From positions 6,325-70,324 of the forward strand of contig CANMML010000018.1 in the NCBI GenBank assembly GCA_947499005.1: a stretch of 64,000 nucleotides of DNA, given 5' to 3'. The position numbers and the translations under genes were made by a program. Shown here in pieces: positions 19,001 to 28,121 of the stretch. Within the stretch, counting starts at the first letter, position 1. Every line of letters begins with the position of its first letter. Source of the stretch: an uncultured Aquimarina sp. (GTDB lineage: Bacteria > Bacteroidota > Bacteroidia > Flavobacteriales > Flavobacteriaceae). The notes below the pieces were generated by a model. That model searched no databases. It was not told the origin of the DNA and saw nothing but the letters and a program-made list of their open reading frames with translations.

Positions 19001-20171
19001 CCATATTTCTTCGAAGCAATATGGACTTAATCGAAAACTACAAATACAAATTTCAGATACAGGTAATGGGATCAAACCACAAGATATGCCTTACATCTTT
19101 GATCGTTATTATCAACTAGGCCAACAAAAAAAAGTACAATCAGGTACTGGTGTTGGTTTAGCTCTAGCAAAGGATATTGTAGAGTTACATCAAGGAAAAA
19201 TATTTGCAGAAAGTAATGAAGGCTTGGGGACTAAATTCATTATAGAATTACCCTTGGATAATAAGACAAATAATTATAAAGAGGATGTCGAAAATAATGT
19301 AGTAGGTAAAAACGAATTGTACACAAAAAGTGTTAATCCAATGCCAGTAGTGAAATTTGAAAACAATGGAGAAGAGGAGATTTCGCAAAGCATTATAGAT
19401 GAGTTTCTTAAAACATTACTGGTTGTTGAAGATAATCAAGAATTGAGATCTTTTGTGAAGAGTGTATTTATTGATATTTATAATGTATTAGAAGCTCGAA
19501 ATGGAGAAGAAGGTTTGGAAGTGGCTAAAGCTTATGCTGTCGATATTATCATAAGTGATGTAATGATGCCTAAAATAGATGGAATGGAGTTTTGTGAAAA
19601 AATAAAACTGAATCCTATAACAAGTCATATTATTGTCATTCTTCTTACGGCAAGAACTTCCATGAAAAGTCAAAAGGAAGGATATAGAAATGGAGCAGAT
19701 GCTTATGTAACTAAACCATTCGATGTTGAAATCCTAAAAGATCAAGTACATAATTTATTAAAATCTCGTGAACGATTTATTGAAAGATATCGCAAGGAAT
19801 TTATTTTAAAGCCTAAAGAATTGGATTTAAAATCGCCAGACGAAATCTTTTTGAATAAGCTTATTGAGATCGTAGAAGAGAATTTTCTAAACCCAGATTT
19901 GAACGCAACATATTTGGTAAGTAAAATGAATATGAGTCAATCTGTTGTATATAGAAAAATAAAAACGCTAACAGATTTATCAATTTCTGGCTTTATTCGT
20001 TTGACTAAATTAAAACGTGCAGCTCAATTGTTAAGAGAGACAGATATGAATGTTTCTACCATTGTTTTTGAAGTAGGATTTAGTGATTTGAAGTATTTCA
20101 GAAAATGCTTTAGAGATTATTTTAATGATAATCCATCTGATTTCAGAAAAAAGCATCAAAAAGTTAAGTAA
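16086..20171 (+). CDS. Hybrid two-component sensor/regulator (HTCS)
   Basis: Periplasmic Reg_prop repeats (LWVGT/IWIGT), Y_Y_Y (ATYTNLDPGYYTFNVKA), TM, HisKA FTNISHDFRTPLTLI, HATPase GTGVGLAL, REC IISDVMMP, AraC HTH; ATG 16086 preferred over TTG 16029. Confidence 0.95.
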   Translation: MTAKRLIIHFFVVFTLLQSNAQDATLNFRHFSTDKGLSQRSVIAILQDEYGYMWFGTRYGLNRFDGHSFKNYYYNANNENSLSDSWIRSLFKDSKGNLWVGTNNGLCKYDYKSDRFTRLQESGKYFKGKIFDLEEDTNDNIWISSDNGFWKYDTNEASFTKIFEENSSDWSEIILSSIQISNNHFMLSTDQNIDLYDIENNTIKHYSYPQGKSPKKVKNNNTELFEDKSNKVWLGYSGGLAYLDKEKNEFVDYLSNDDQKIVNSSVRSIYQDDDYNLWVGTYEGLYLIDIETKTFSLYQHDVAEDKSLSQNSIYDIYSDTRGDLWIGTWAGGINYLDRSDLVFSTIKEGASKGSLNYRVVSSILEGQEGDYWIGTEGGGINYYNASEKQFIYYTHDPFDKNSVSDNNIKALLKDSNGAIWVGTHNMGVDKVTLGQYGELHFKNLNLNSLSGGLSSNRTTALLQDYNGNIWIGTSNGGLNLYNPKEEKLYPIDGQGILGVSVSVIENLDDQSILVGSDKGLCKININTNVLEKVTFKKKLSSSYNLETVISLNVMSASEIWIGTEGVGLFSYNIQSGTSKRFGKNEGLPDEVIYGIMPDYQNNIWVSTNKGISKLDTKTFTIKSFDVSDGIQGKEFNYGASLKTNKGEIVFGGVNGLTSFDPNNVREDSFEPPLLIESLKIRNKGILDLIDNSSTGLDLEYNQNDIVFNYITLDFSRPTKNQYAYKLEGFDSEWNSAENKRSATYTNLDPGYYTFNVKATNKDGIWSQHQKKIEVYIAKPYWETWWAYLLYLILATIILLVIRKYSIIRIRQKAELEQERLNREEADEVNKLKLQLFTNISHDFRTPLTLIIGPLKQIIDEGLRDEILQKRLVRMYNNASVMLQLINQLLDFRKSEAGQLKLKPRKEKIVPFLEEVYALFEELATVKNVNYIFNTGTVKDTEIWFDAIEMKKVIINVLSNAFKFTPEGGEIRLHISSKQYGLNRKLQIQISDTGNGIKPQDMPYIFDRYYQLGQQKKVQSGTGVGLALAKDIVELHQGKIFAESNEGLGTKFIIELPLDNKTNNYKEDVENNVVGKNELYTKSVNPMPVVKFENNGEEEISQSIIDEFLKTLLVVEDNQELRSFVKSVFIDIYNVLEARNGEEGLEVAKAYAVDIIISDVMMPKIDGMEFCEKIKLNPITSHIIVILLTARTSMKSQKEGYRNGADAYVTKPFDVEILKDQVHNLLKSRERFIERYRKEFILKPKELDLKSPDEIFLNKLIEIVEENFLNPDLNATYLVSKMNMSQSVVYRKIKTLTDLSISGFIRLTKLKRAAQLLRETDMNVSTIVFEVGFSDLKYFRKCFRDYFNDNPSDFRKKHQKVK

Positions 20172-20386
20172 TACGCCATAAAATAAGGCTTTAGAATGTT
20201 TTGCCCCTCTCATTTGCACGCTCTGTTACTCTTCAAAAACAGTTTGCAAAGTAATTTAGCCACAGTATAACGATTGAGTTATACAATTAATTGTTACAAA
20301 AAGCATACAAGCCAATCTCTTACACTTCGTTAATAAATAGGTCTTGTATGCTTACCTAAACTAACTGAATACATAAATATTTAACT

Positions 20387-21913
20387 ATGAAAAAGAGCTT
20401 ACTTTTTTATTTTCTCTCATGTTTACTTTTTATAGGTATTTCTTGTACTGATGAAGAGTTTAATGAAGGAACAGTCTTAGGGGTTTTCGAAGAACCAACA
20501 GGACTTAATTACCCGACACAATCTAATGCAAATGAATTTGGAGCATTTAGAACAAGCCCTCCTACAGTAGATACAAATGGTTTTACACCTTTTTTTGAAA
20601 TTATATCGATACGTAATGCAGCTGGTGAGACGTTAGATGCTTCTTTTTTGGAAGGTGTAAATATCAGTAACCCAACAACAGAGTTTGTGATTCTTAACGA
20701 AGAAAATACATTTGTGGTTGATGGAGAAAATATAAATCTATTCGAAACCGAAAACTCTTCCCAAGCAGGAGTAATAACTTTTGAAGATAAAAATATGTTT
20801 GGTTTCGATCAATATTTTTTTACGATAAGAGTAACCATAGAGAATGATGGACAGGTTTTGTCAACTACATTTAATGATGCGTTACAGGTAAATTTTAATC
20901 CAGAATTAGTAAGAGTACTAAGGTATTTGCCATTAGCTCAGAATTTAGTTCCAGGTACCACTACTTCATCTACTATTCCAGAAGTTATTCGAGGAAACCC
21001 AGATGTAACTTATTCACTAGGAGATAATACAGATTTATTAACTATAGATGCTAATACAGGGCAACTATCATTAAGATCAGATATTACAATTACAGATAAC
21101 GTAACAATTCAACCAACTGTAATAGCAACAAATAATACACTAAATGAGTCAGTCTCATTTTCTGGAGATCAATTTTTATCATTAGTACTTTCAAATACTC
21201 CTGTAGAATTAATGCCAAGAAGTATTTTCTTCTTTCAACCAACATTTGAAGAGAGAAGCCCTCTATTTGGATTTGCTGTAGATGTGATAACGCCAGGGGG
21301 AGTACCAGATAATAGAGCATGGGAAACAGTAGCGCCATCGCCATTAGCAAATCAAGACGATAATTTGCCAGAGATTGATAATATGGCAATTCAAACGAAT
21401 GCTGTAGTGGCAGGAATGTCTTTACCTCATGAGTCCGATGCTATTTTAACTACACAAAACTTATCTGATTTTGAAGGTGATTTCGATTTGAAGTTTGTCT
21501 TCTACTATCAAAATAGGTTTGTTGAATACTTGAGTGATGGTCGTACACCTACTGAATTAGAAGTTTTTTATGCAACAGATTTTGATGGAACCAATAATGG
21601 AACTGCTAATTGGATGGGAATCAATGAAATTTTATCATGTCAAATTGAAAGTTTAGACGCTACACCATTTATTGGATTACCATACCCTGGAGATCAAAGA
21701 GGCGATGATCCCGATAATAGAAAAGACAGTACAAGAAATGCAGATGGTAGATGGGTTCGCTGTGAACTAGATGTAACGCCTTTTGCAAACGAAGAAAATT
21801 TTACAATCAAATTTAAATACAATTCATTTTTCGAAGGTTCTATTTCTGGAGCAACAGGAAGAGCAGGTAGGTATTTGATTTCCGATGCATATTTCGAAGC
21901 CACAGAAAGATAA
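20387..21913 (+). CDS. Surface glycan-binding lipoprotein (SGBP), Ig-like modules plus DUF5017-like C-terminus
   Basis: Lipobox GISC; directly upstream of susC; EVFYATDFDG..TANW motif. Confidence 0.7.
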   Translation: MKKSLLFYFLSCLLFIGISCTDEEFNEGTVLGVFEEPTGLNYPTQSNANEFGAFRTSPPTVDTNGFTPFFEIISIRNAAGETLDASFLEGVNISNPTTEFVILNEENTFVVDGENINLFETENSSQAGVITFEDKNMFGFDQYFFTIRVTIENDGQVLSTTFNDALQVNFNPELVRVLRYLPLAQNLVPGTTTSSTIPEVIRGNPDVTYSLGDNTDLLTIDANTGQLSLRSDITITDNVTIQPTVIATNNTLNESVSFSGDQFLSLVLSNTPVELMPRSIFFFQPTFEERSPLFGFAVDVITPGGVPDNRAWETVAPSPLANQDDNLPEIDNMAIQTNAVVAGMSLPHESDAILTTQNLSDFEGDFDLKFVFYYQNRFVEYLSDGRTPTELEVFYATDFDGTNNGTANWMGINEILSCQIESLDATPFIGLPYPGDQRGDDPDNRKDSTRNADGRWVRCELDVTPFANEENFTIKFKYNSFFEGSISGATGRAGRYLISDAYFEATER

Positions 21914-21944
21914 TAGACAACTAACTAATTAGATAGCATTTCAG

Positions 21945-24900
21945 ATGAAAAAAAATATAATAATAGGTTTAATTCTGTACTGTATGTCATCGCTAATGTC
22001 GGTGTTCAGTCAAGATTTAATTACAGTAAAGGGAAAGGTGACCGATTCCGATGGGTTTGAATTACCTGGGGCAACAGTGATCATCGAGAGTACAAACGAA
22101 GGAACAATATCAGATTTCAATGGGTTGTTCATCGTAGATAAAGTGGCGGGAAATAGCACATTATTGATAAAGTATATTGGATACGAAGATGTTAAGGTAG
22201 CAATCGATAACAGAACTTTCATTGATATAGAAATGAAAGTATCAGAAAGTCAGTTGAATGAAGTTGTTATTATCGGTTATGCCGAAGAAAGCCGTAGAAA
22301 TGTAACAGGTGTGGTGGAAAAAGTAGAAGCACAGGATTTAGTGAAAACAGCGACTACAAATTTTGATCAAGCACTAGCAGGAAGGATTTCTGGGGTACAA
22401 GTTAGTAGTACAGATGGTCAGCCAGGGGAGAGTTTAAACATTGTAATACGAGGAGGGAACTCTATTACAGGAGATAATTCACCTCTGTATGTAGTAGATG
22501 GTATTCCTTTAGACGATTTTGATCCGGCTTCGATAAGTACTAAGGATATAAAAGACTTTCAGGTACTTAAAGATGCTTCTGAAGCAGCAATTTATGGTTC
22601 TCGTGGAGCAAACGGAGTTATTATAATAAATACTAAAGATGGTGCTAGCGATAAAAAAGCAAAAGTAGAATTTGGAACTAGACAGAATTTTCAATGGATA
22701 CCAAGTACATTACCCGTTTTAAATCCTTTTGAATATGTTACATATCAGCGAGATATAGCATTGGCTAACGATAATTATAATCCAGGCCAAGCCTTAGGAC
22801 AATTTACAAGAATTTGGGGAGACCCAGAGTTTTATAGAGGAATAGAAGGAACCAACTGGCAAGAAGAAATCTTTCAATTAGGAGTTACTAATCAGTATAA
22901 TTTTAGTGTTAGTGGTGGAACCAAAAAATCGAGCATCTATTTCTCTTCAGAGTTTTTAGATCAAGAAGGAACTCTATTAAATACAGGTTTTAGAAAATTC
23001 ACAAACAATTTCAAGATTAACCATGAAATTAATGATAAGACAAGTTTTAGAGGACGTATTTCATATAATTCTAGTACGCGTTCAGGATTAGCAGTTTCTG
23101 CAGGTACAAGGAGGGTTAGTGTCATAAGAGATGCGATACGTTTTAGACCTGTAGAGCCTTTAAATGATGATGGGTTTTTAATTGGAGGTATCGATCCAGA
23201 TAATCCTAATCAGCGTTTCAACTTTAGTCCAGTATTAAACTTGGAAAATACAGATCGAAAAGACCGTAGAGATGTAATACGAGGAGGTGCTGGTTTACAA
23301 CATAAATTTAATAAGAGCTGGACTTTAAAATTGGACGCCAATTACCAAATTGACAATAGAAAAGAGAGCACTTTCTTTGGTAGAGATACACAACAAGGTA
23401 CTAATGGAAATGATGGGATCAATGGTAATGTACGATTTAGAAAGTTTCAAACAGTAGGAGGTACAGGAACATTAAATTATAGAAAATGGTTTAATAAGAA
23501 TAGTGTCAATGTATTAGTAGGGTCAGAATTTCAAGACCGTCGTGTTGAAGATGCAAGACTTCAAAACAATCGTTTACCAACGGATATCTTTGGAATAGAT
23601 AATTTAGGGATAGGAACTTCTCCTTCTGTGCCGACTACCAATTTGACAGCATCAACCTTGTTATCTTATTTTGGGAGATTCAAATACAGCCTTAATAGGA
23701 AATACATTTTCACAGCAACTTTTAGAGCCGATGGTTCATCTCGTTTTCAAGGAGATAATCAATTTGGATATTTCCCTTCATTATCAGCAGCTTGGCAGTT
23801 AGGAGATGAAGAGTTTATTAAGAATATAGATGCGATCTCGTATTTGAAAATTCGTGCAGGTTGGGGATTAGCAGGTAATAATAGAATTAGAGATTTTGAT
23901 GCCTTAACACAGTTAGCAATTACATCTAGTAGCGGAACGGTGTTTGGTCCAGGACAAGATTTTGCACCAGGAGCTATAATTTCAAACTTAGGTTTAGATG
24001 ATCTTAAGTGGGAAACAACAGAACAAATAGATATTGGTTTAGAATTAGGACTTTTTGATGATCGTATTAATCTAACATCAGATATTTATAGAAAAAGAAC
24101 TACAGATTTATTATTAAACGCAGAAGTAGCTCAACATACAGGGTTAAGTAGAATTCAACAAAATATAGGTGAAACTGAAAATAAAGGTTTAGAAATTAGT
24201 GTTGATGCGAAAATAATTGACAATAAAAAGTTTAAGTGGAATTCCGCATTCAATATTGCTTTTAATAGAACTAAAGTGATATCATTAAATAGAGGTCAAA
24301 ATGAAATCTTGACAGATCCGTTGTGGAGTAGAGAAGCTCCCGAAAACCAGTATATAACTAGAGTAGGAGAACCTGTTGGACAAATATATGGACTGCAATT
24401 CGATGGTATTTATCAATCAGACGATTTTAATTTTGATGCAACAACAGGGGTTTTCGAATTGAAAGATGGTATTCCTGATAATGGAGCTTTACCTGTGGCA
24501 CCAGGTAGTGTAAGATTTGTGGATCAGAATGGAGATGGAACCGTTAATGATTTGGACAGAGTAGTAATAGGGAATCCGCAGCCCAAACATATTGGAGGTT
24601 GGAATAACTCATTCCAAATAGGAGCATTCGATGTTTCTGCATTACTTCAATGGTCCTATGATTTTGATATCCTAAATGCCAATAGAGCTGATTTTGGAGT
24701 GCCAAGATCAAGTGTAAATAATGGTTTTGTTGAGTTGGCCGATGCGTATACACCAACTAATACAAATACGAATGTCAATGCAACACGTTTTCAAAATGTA
24801 TTTGGAGCACCACCAGTAGGGAATTCAATAGACGATCGTTATGTAGAAGATGGTTCTTATTTGCGTTTAAGTACAGTAACTCTAGGGTTTACATTTCCTA

Positions 24901-25097
24901 GTGACTTGATGCAAAAATTAAAACTACAGCAAATGCGAGTTTATTTATCAGGTCAAAATTTAGCCCTATGGACCGATTATTCTGGGTTTGATCCTGATGT
25001 GTCTGTTGGACCATTTGGAGCGTTGACACCTAGTTTAGATTACGCAGCCTATCCAGCTAGTAGAACTGTATCATTTGGTTTAGACGTAACATTCTAA
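21945..25097 (+). CDS. susC: SusC-like TonB-dependent transporter
   Basis: CarboxypepD-like N-terminus, PLYVVDGIP, LKDASEAAIYGSRGANGVIIINTK, DLKWETTEQ, C-terminal Phe. Confidence 0.97.
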   Translation: MKKNIIIGLILYCMSSLMSVFSQDLITVKGKVTDSDGFELPGATVIIESTNEGTISDFNGLFIVDKVAGNSTLLIKYIGYEDVKVAIDNRTFIDIEMKVSESQLNEVVIIGYAEESRRNVTGVVEKVEAQDLVKTATTNFDQALAGRISGVQVSSTDGQPGESLNIVIRGGNSITGDNSPLYVVDGIPLDDFDPASISTKDIKDFQVLKDASEAAIYGSRGANGVIIINTKDGASDKKAKVEFGTRQNFQWIPSTLPVLNPFEYVTYQRDIALANDNYNPGQALGQFTRIWGDPEFYRGIEGTNWQEEIFQLGVTNQYNFSVSGGTKKSSIYFSSEFLDQEGTLLNTGFRKFTNNFKINHEINDKTSFRGRISYNSSTRSGLAVSAGTRRVSVIRDAIRFRPVEPLNDDGFLIGGIDPDNPNQRFNFSPVLNLENTDRKDRRDVIRGGAGLQHKFNKSWTLKLDANYQIDNRKESTFFGRDTQQGTNGNDGINGNVRFRKFQTVGGTGTLNYRKWFNKNSVNVLVGSEFQDRRVEDARLQNNRLPTDIFGIDNLGIGTSPSVPTTNLTASTLLSYFGRFKYSLNRKYIFTATFRADGSSRFQGDNQFGYFPSLSAAWQLGDEEFIKNIDAISYLKIRAGWGLAGNNRIRDFDALTQLAITSSSGTVFGPGQDFAPGAIISNLGLDDLKWETTEQIDIGLELGLFDDRINLTSDIYRKRTTDLLLNAEVAQHTGLSRIQQNIGETENKGLEISVDAKIIDNKKFKWNSAFNIAFNRTKVISLNRGQNEILTDPLWSREAPENQYITRVGEPVGQIYGLQFDGIYQSDDFNFDATTGVFELKDGIPDNGALPVAPGSVRFVDQNGDGTVNDLDRVVIGNPQPKHIGGWNNSFQIGAFDVSALLQWSYDFDILNANRADFGVPRSSVNNGFVELADAYTPTNTNTNVNATRFQNVFGAPPVGNSIDDRYVEDGSYLRLSTVTLGFTFPSDLMQKLKLQQMRVYLSGQNLALWTDYSGFDPDVSVGPFGALTPSLDYAAYPASRTVSFGLDVTF

Positions 25098-25115
25098 AAA
25101 ATTAAAAAAAGAATA

Positions 25116-26849
25116 ATGAAAAAGAATATAAAATATATCGTAGTAGGACTTCTAGGGTGCTTTGCATTCTTAAGTTGTGATGAGTTTTTGGAAGTTGAAC
25201 CAGAATCTACCATTGGGGTCGACAATTTTTATCAGAATGCAGAAGAAGCAGAAATCGCTTTAGCAGGAATTTACTCAATATTAGCTGATGATGATGTATA
25301 CGGGGAAGTATTAGGTATTGTTATGGATTCGGGTACTGATGAGGCTTTTTACAATAGACGTTTTAATGAAGCATGGACTGTAGGTTTGTACCGACATACT
25401 ACCGCAGATCGATTTGTCGAACGTTTATGGACTGGATTATATGAGGCTATAAATTTGAGTAATCTTTTTATAGAACAATTGAACCCTGGTACTTTCGAAG
25501 AGGGAGGTGAATTCAATAGATTATTAGCAGAGGCTCGTTTTTTAAGAGCACATTCATATCAAATATTAGCCAGTCGATATGGAGAAGTGCCAATGCCTTT
25601 GTCATCAACGAAAGGATTAAGCGATTCCGATTTAGCAGCATCGTCGTTAGAAACGATATACGGACAAATTGAGTCTGATTTTTTATTCGCAGCAGAAAAT
25701 TTATTGAATATTGATGATGCAGAGTATGTTGAAGGGAGAGCAAATGGAATGGCAGCTAGAGGATTATTAGCACGCATGTATTTGAAAATGGCTGGATTTC
25801 CATTAAATGATACAAGTAAATATGAATTAGCAAAACGTCAATGTCAAATTATTATTGATTCGCAACTACATAGTTTGAGTCCTACGAATTTCGAAACCTC
25901 AGTAGATGAGTTTGGAGAAGAAACGGTAACAGTAACTACCGATGGTTATCGAACTCATTTTTTGAATTATATCCAAAATACTTACGATACTAATGAGTCT
26001 ATTTTCGAAATCTCATTTCGATATTTAAGAGATCAGGGATTATTTACAGATGGTCGTTTTGGAGCGATTAATGGTGTTCCTTTTGGTTTTGGAGGAGGTG
26101 GTCCAGGATTTCCATTCTCATTTGCATTAGTTAGTGCTACTCCTTTAATGAGAGATGCTTATGAAGATAACGATGTTAGAAGAGATTGGAATGTCGCTAA
26201 TTATTTATATAACAATAGAGGGGATGCAATAAGACCTAGAAATGCACTTTCTAGAGATTTTACACCAGGGAAATACAGAAGATGGGAACCTGCAAATTTT
26301 GAAGATTTAGAAGCTGGTGTTTCTCCCGAAGAAGGAGAAGTAGAACCTTTCATTCTTTTAGAAGCGAATTCTAATCCTAGTAGAAATTTCACAGGGATTA
26401 ATATGCCAGTGTTACGCTATGCGGATGTACTACTAATGTTTGCCGAAGCAGACAATGCTATTAATGGTGGTCCTACTTCTGAAGCTATAGCTAGGCTGAA
26501 TGAGGTAAGAAATAGAGCAGCATTAAAACCAATAGCAGAAGCTAAGCCAGATGTATTAGATTCAGAAGAATCATTTTTTGAAGAACTAGTAGATGAACGA
26601 TTTAGAGAGTTGTGTTATGAAGGTTTACGTTTTCATGATCTAGTTCGTTGGGAGCTTTTAGATGATAAACTAGAAGACTTGCAAAACAGTATTGTGAACG
26701 ATGATGCTTTTTCTCCAACAAATGCAGATCATCAAGCGTTTCAACGCTCTCAAATTAATTTTGATAGTACAAGGCATCTATCATTGCCTTACCCATTACA
26801 AGAGGTGAATTTAAATGATTTGCTAGATCAAAAGCTAGAATGGCAATAG
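25116..26849 (+). CDS. susD: SusD-like lipoprotein
   Basis: Lipobox FLSC; EARFLRAHSY, LRYADVLLMFAEA, ERFRELCYEGLRFHDLVRW. Confidence 0.97.
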   Translation: MKKNIKYIVVGLLGCFAFLSCDEFLEVEPESTIGVDNFYQNAEEAEIALAGIYSILADDDVYGEVLGIVMDSGTDEAFYNRRFNEAWTVGLYRHTTADRFVERLWTGLYEAINLSNLFIEQLNPGTFEEGGEFNRLLAEARFLRAHSYQILASRYGEVPMPLSSTKGLSDSDLAASSLETIYGQIESDFLFAAENLLNIDDAEYVEGRANGMAARGLLARMYLKMAGFPLNDTSKYELAKRQCQIIIDSQLHSLSPTNFETSVDEFGEETVTVTTDGYRTHFLNYIQNTYDTNESIFEISFRYLRDQGLFTDGRFGAINGVPFGFGGGGPGFPFSFALVSATPLMRDAYEDNDVRRDWNVANYLYNNRGDAIRPRNALSRDFTPGKYRRWEPANFEDLEAGVSPEEGEVEPFILLEANSNPSRNFTGINMPVLRYADVLLMFAEADNAINGGPTSEAIARLNEVRNRAALKPIAEAKPDVLDSEESFFEELVDERFRELCYEGLRFHDLVRWELLDDKLEDLQNSIVNDDAFSPTNADHQAFQRSQINFDSTRHLSLPYPLQEVNLNDLLDQKLEWQ

Positions 26850-26894
26850 AAGAATAAGAAGAAAATATATATATAAAAACATAGTCTATTTATT

Positions 26895-28121
26895 ATGAAT
26901 AAAAGTAGAAGGAATTATGCAATCTTTCTAGGGTTTTTAATGATGATGGTGGTGTCTTGTAAACAAAAAGATGCTGAAGTGACAGGAGAAGAAATTACTT
27001 CATTAAATATTCCAGAATTACTTAGTCATGCAGAGCAACAATTGAATTTGCAGTTGCAAATGGCACAAAAACATAATCGTATTCCTAGGACATTGACAGC
27101 CGATGGAGAAGTTCATTGGACGAAGCCAAGGTTCGATTGGACAGAAGGTTTTTTCCCAGGAAGTTTGTGGTATTTATATAAACATACGGGTGACGAAAAA
27201 TGGATGGAAAATGCAGATGCGTTTCAGTCTCACTTTGAAGAACATAAGCTGAATACAACAAATCACGATTTAGGTTTTGTATTTAATTGCTCGTACGGTA
27301 ATGGTTACGAGATAACTAAGAAAAGCAATTATAAAGATGTATTAGTAACTGCTGCCAAGTCATTAACTTCTAGGTTTGATGAGAAAACAGGATGTATTAA
27401 AAGTTGGGACACCCATTTAGGATGGCAAGCTAAACGAGGATGGCAATACCCAGTTATCATTGATAATATGATGAATTTGGAATTATTATTCAATGCTACA
27501 GAAATTACTAAAGACACTACATATCGAAATATCGCTATTAAGCATGCGGACACCACATTAAAAAATCATTTTAGACAAGATAATAGTTCTTATCATGTGG
27601 TAGACTATGATCCAGAAACAGGGAAGGTTAGAAAAAGACAAACTGCACAGGGGTTTTCTGATGAAAGTGCGTGGGCAAGAGGTCAAGCTTGGGGACTTTA
27701 TGGATACACGGTTTGTTATCGATATACGAAAGATGTTAAATATTTAAAGCAAGCGGATAAGATTGCGAAGTATATTATTAATCAGTCTACCAAAATAGGG
27801 AATACTATTCCGTATTGGGATTACGATGTCAATGATATTCATGCACCAAAAGATGTTTCGGCTGCGACTATTACAGTTTCTGCTCTTTTAGAATTGGATG
27901 AATATTCTAAAACATCATATAAGAAATTCATAGATCAGTTGATATTTGATTTGTCTTCGGATAAAAATTTAGCCAAAATAGGTACCAATAAAAATTTCGT
28001 ATTAAAACATAGTGTTGGAAGTATACCTCATGATAATGAAATTGATGTTCCATTAAATTATGCCGACTATTATTTCATCGAAGCCTTATTAAGGTATAAT
28101 AATAAATACTTGAGATCATGA
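26895..28121 (+). CDS. GH88 unsaturated glucuronyl hydrolase (lipoprotein)
   Basis: WTEGFFPGSLW, NHDLGF, IIDNMMNLELLF, WARGQAWGLYG, DVPLNYADYYFIEAL. Confidence 0.93.
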   Translation: MNKSRRNYAIFLGFLMMMVVSCKQKDAEVTGEEITSLNIPELLSHAEQQLNLQLQMAQKHNRIPRTLTADGEVHWTKPRFDWTEGFFPGSLWYLYKHTGDEKWMENADAFQSHFEEHKLNTTNHDLGFVFNCSYGNGYEITKKSNYKDVLVTAAKSLTSRFDEKTGCIKSWDTHLGWQAKRGWQYPVIIDNMMNLELLFNATEITKDTTYRNIAIKHADTTLKNHFRQDNSSYHVVDYDPETGKVRKRQTAQGFSDESAWARGQAWGLYGYTVCYRYTKDVKYLKQADKIAKYIINQSTKIGNTIPYWDYDVNDIHAPKDVSAATITVSALLELDEYSKTSYKKFIDQLIFDLSSDKNLAKIGTNKNFVLKHSVGSIPHDNEIDVPLNYADYYFIEALLRYNNKYLRS

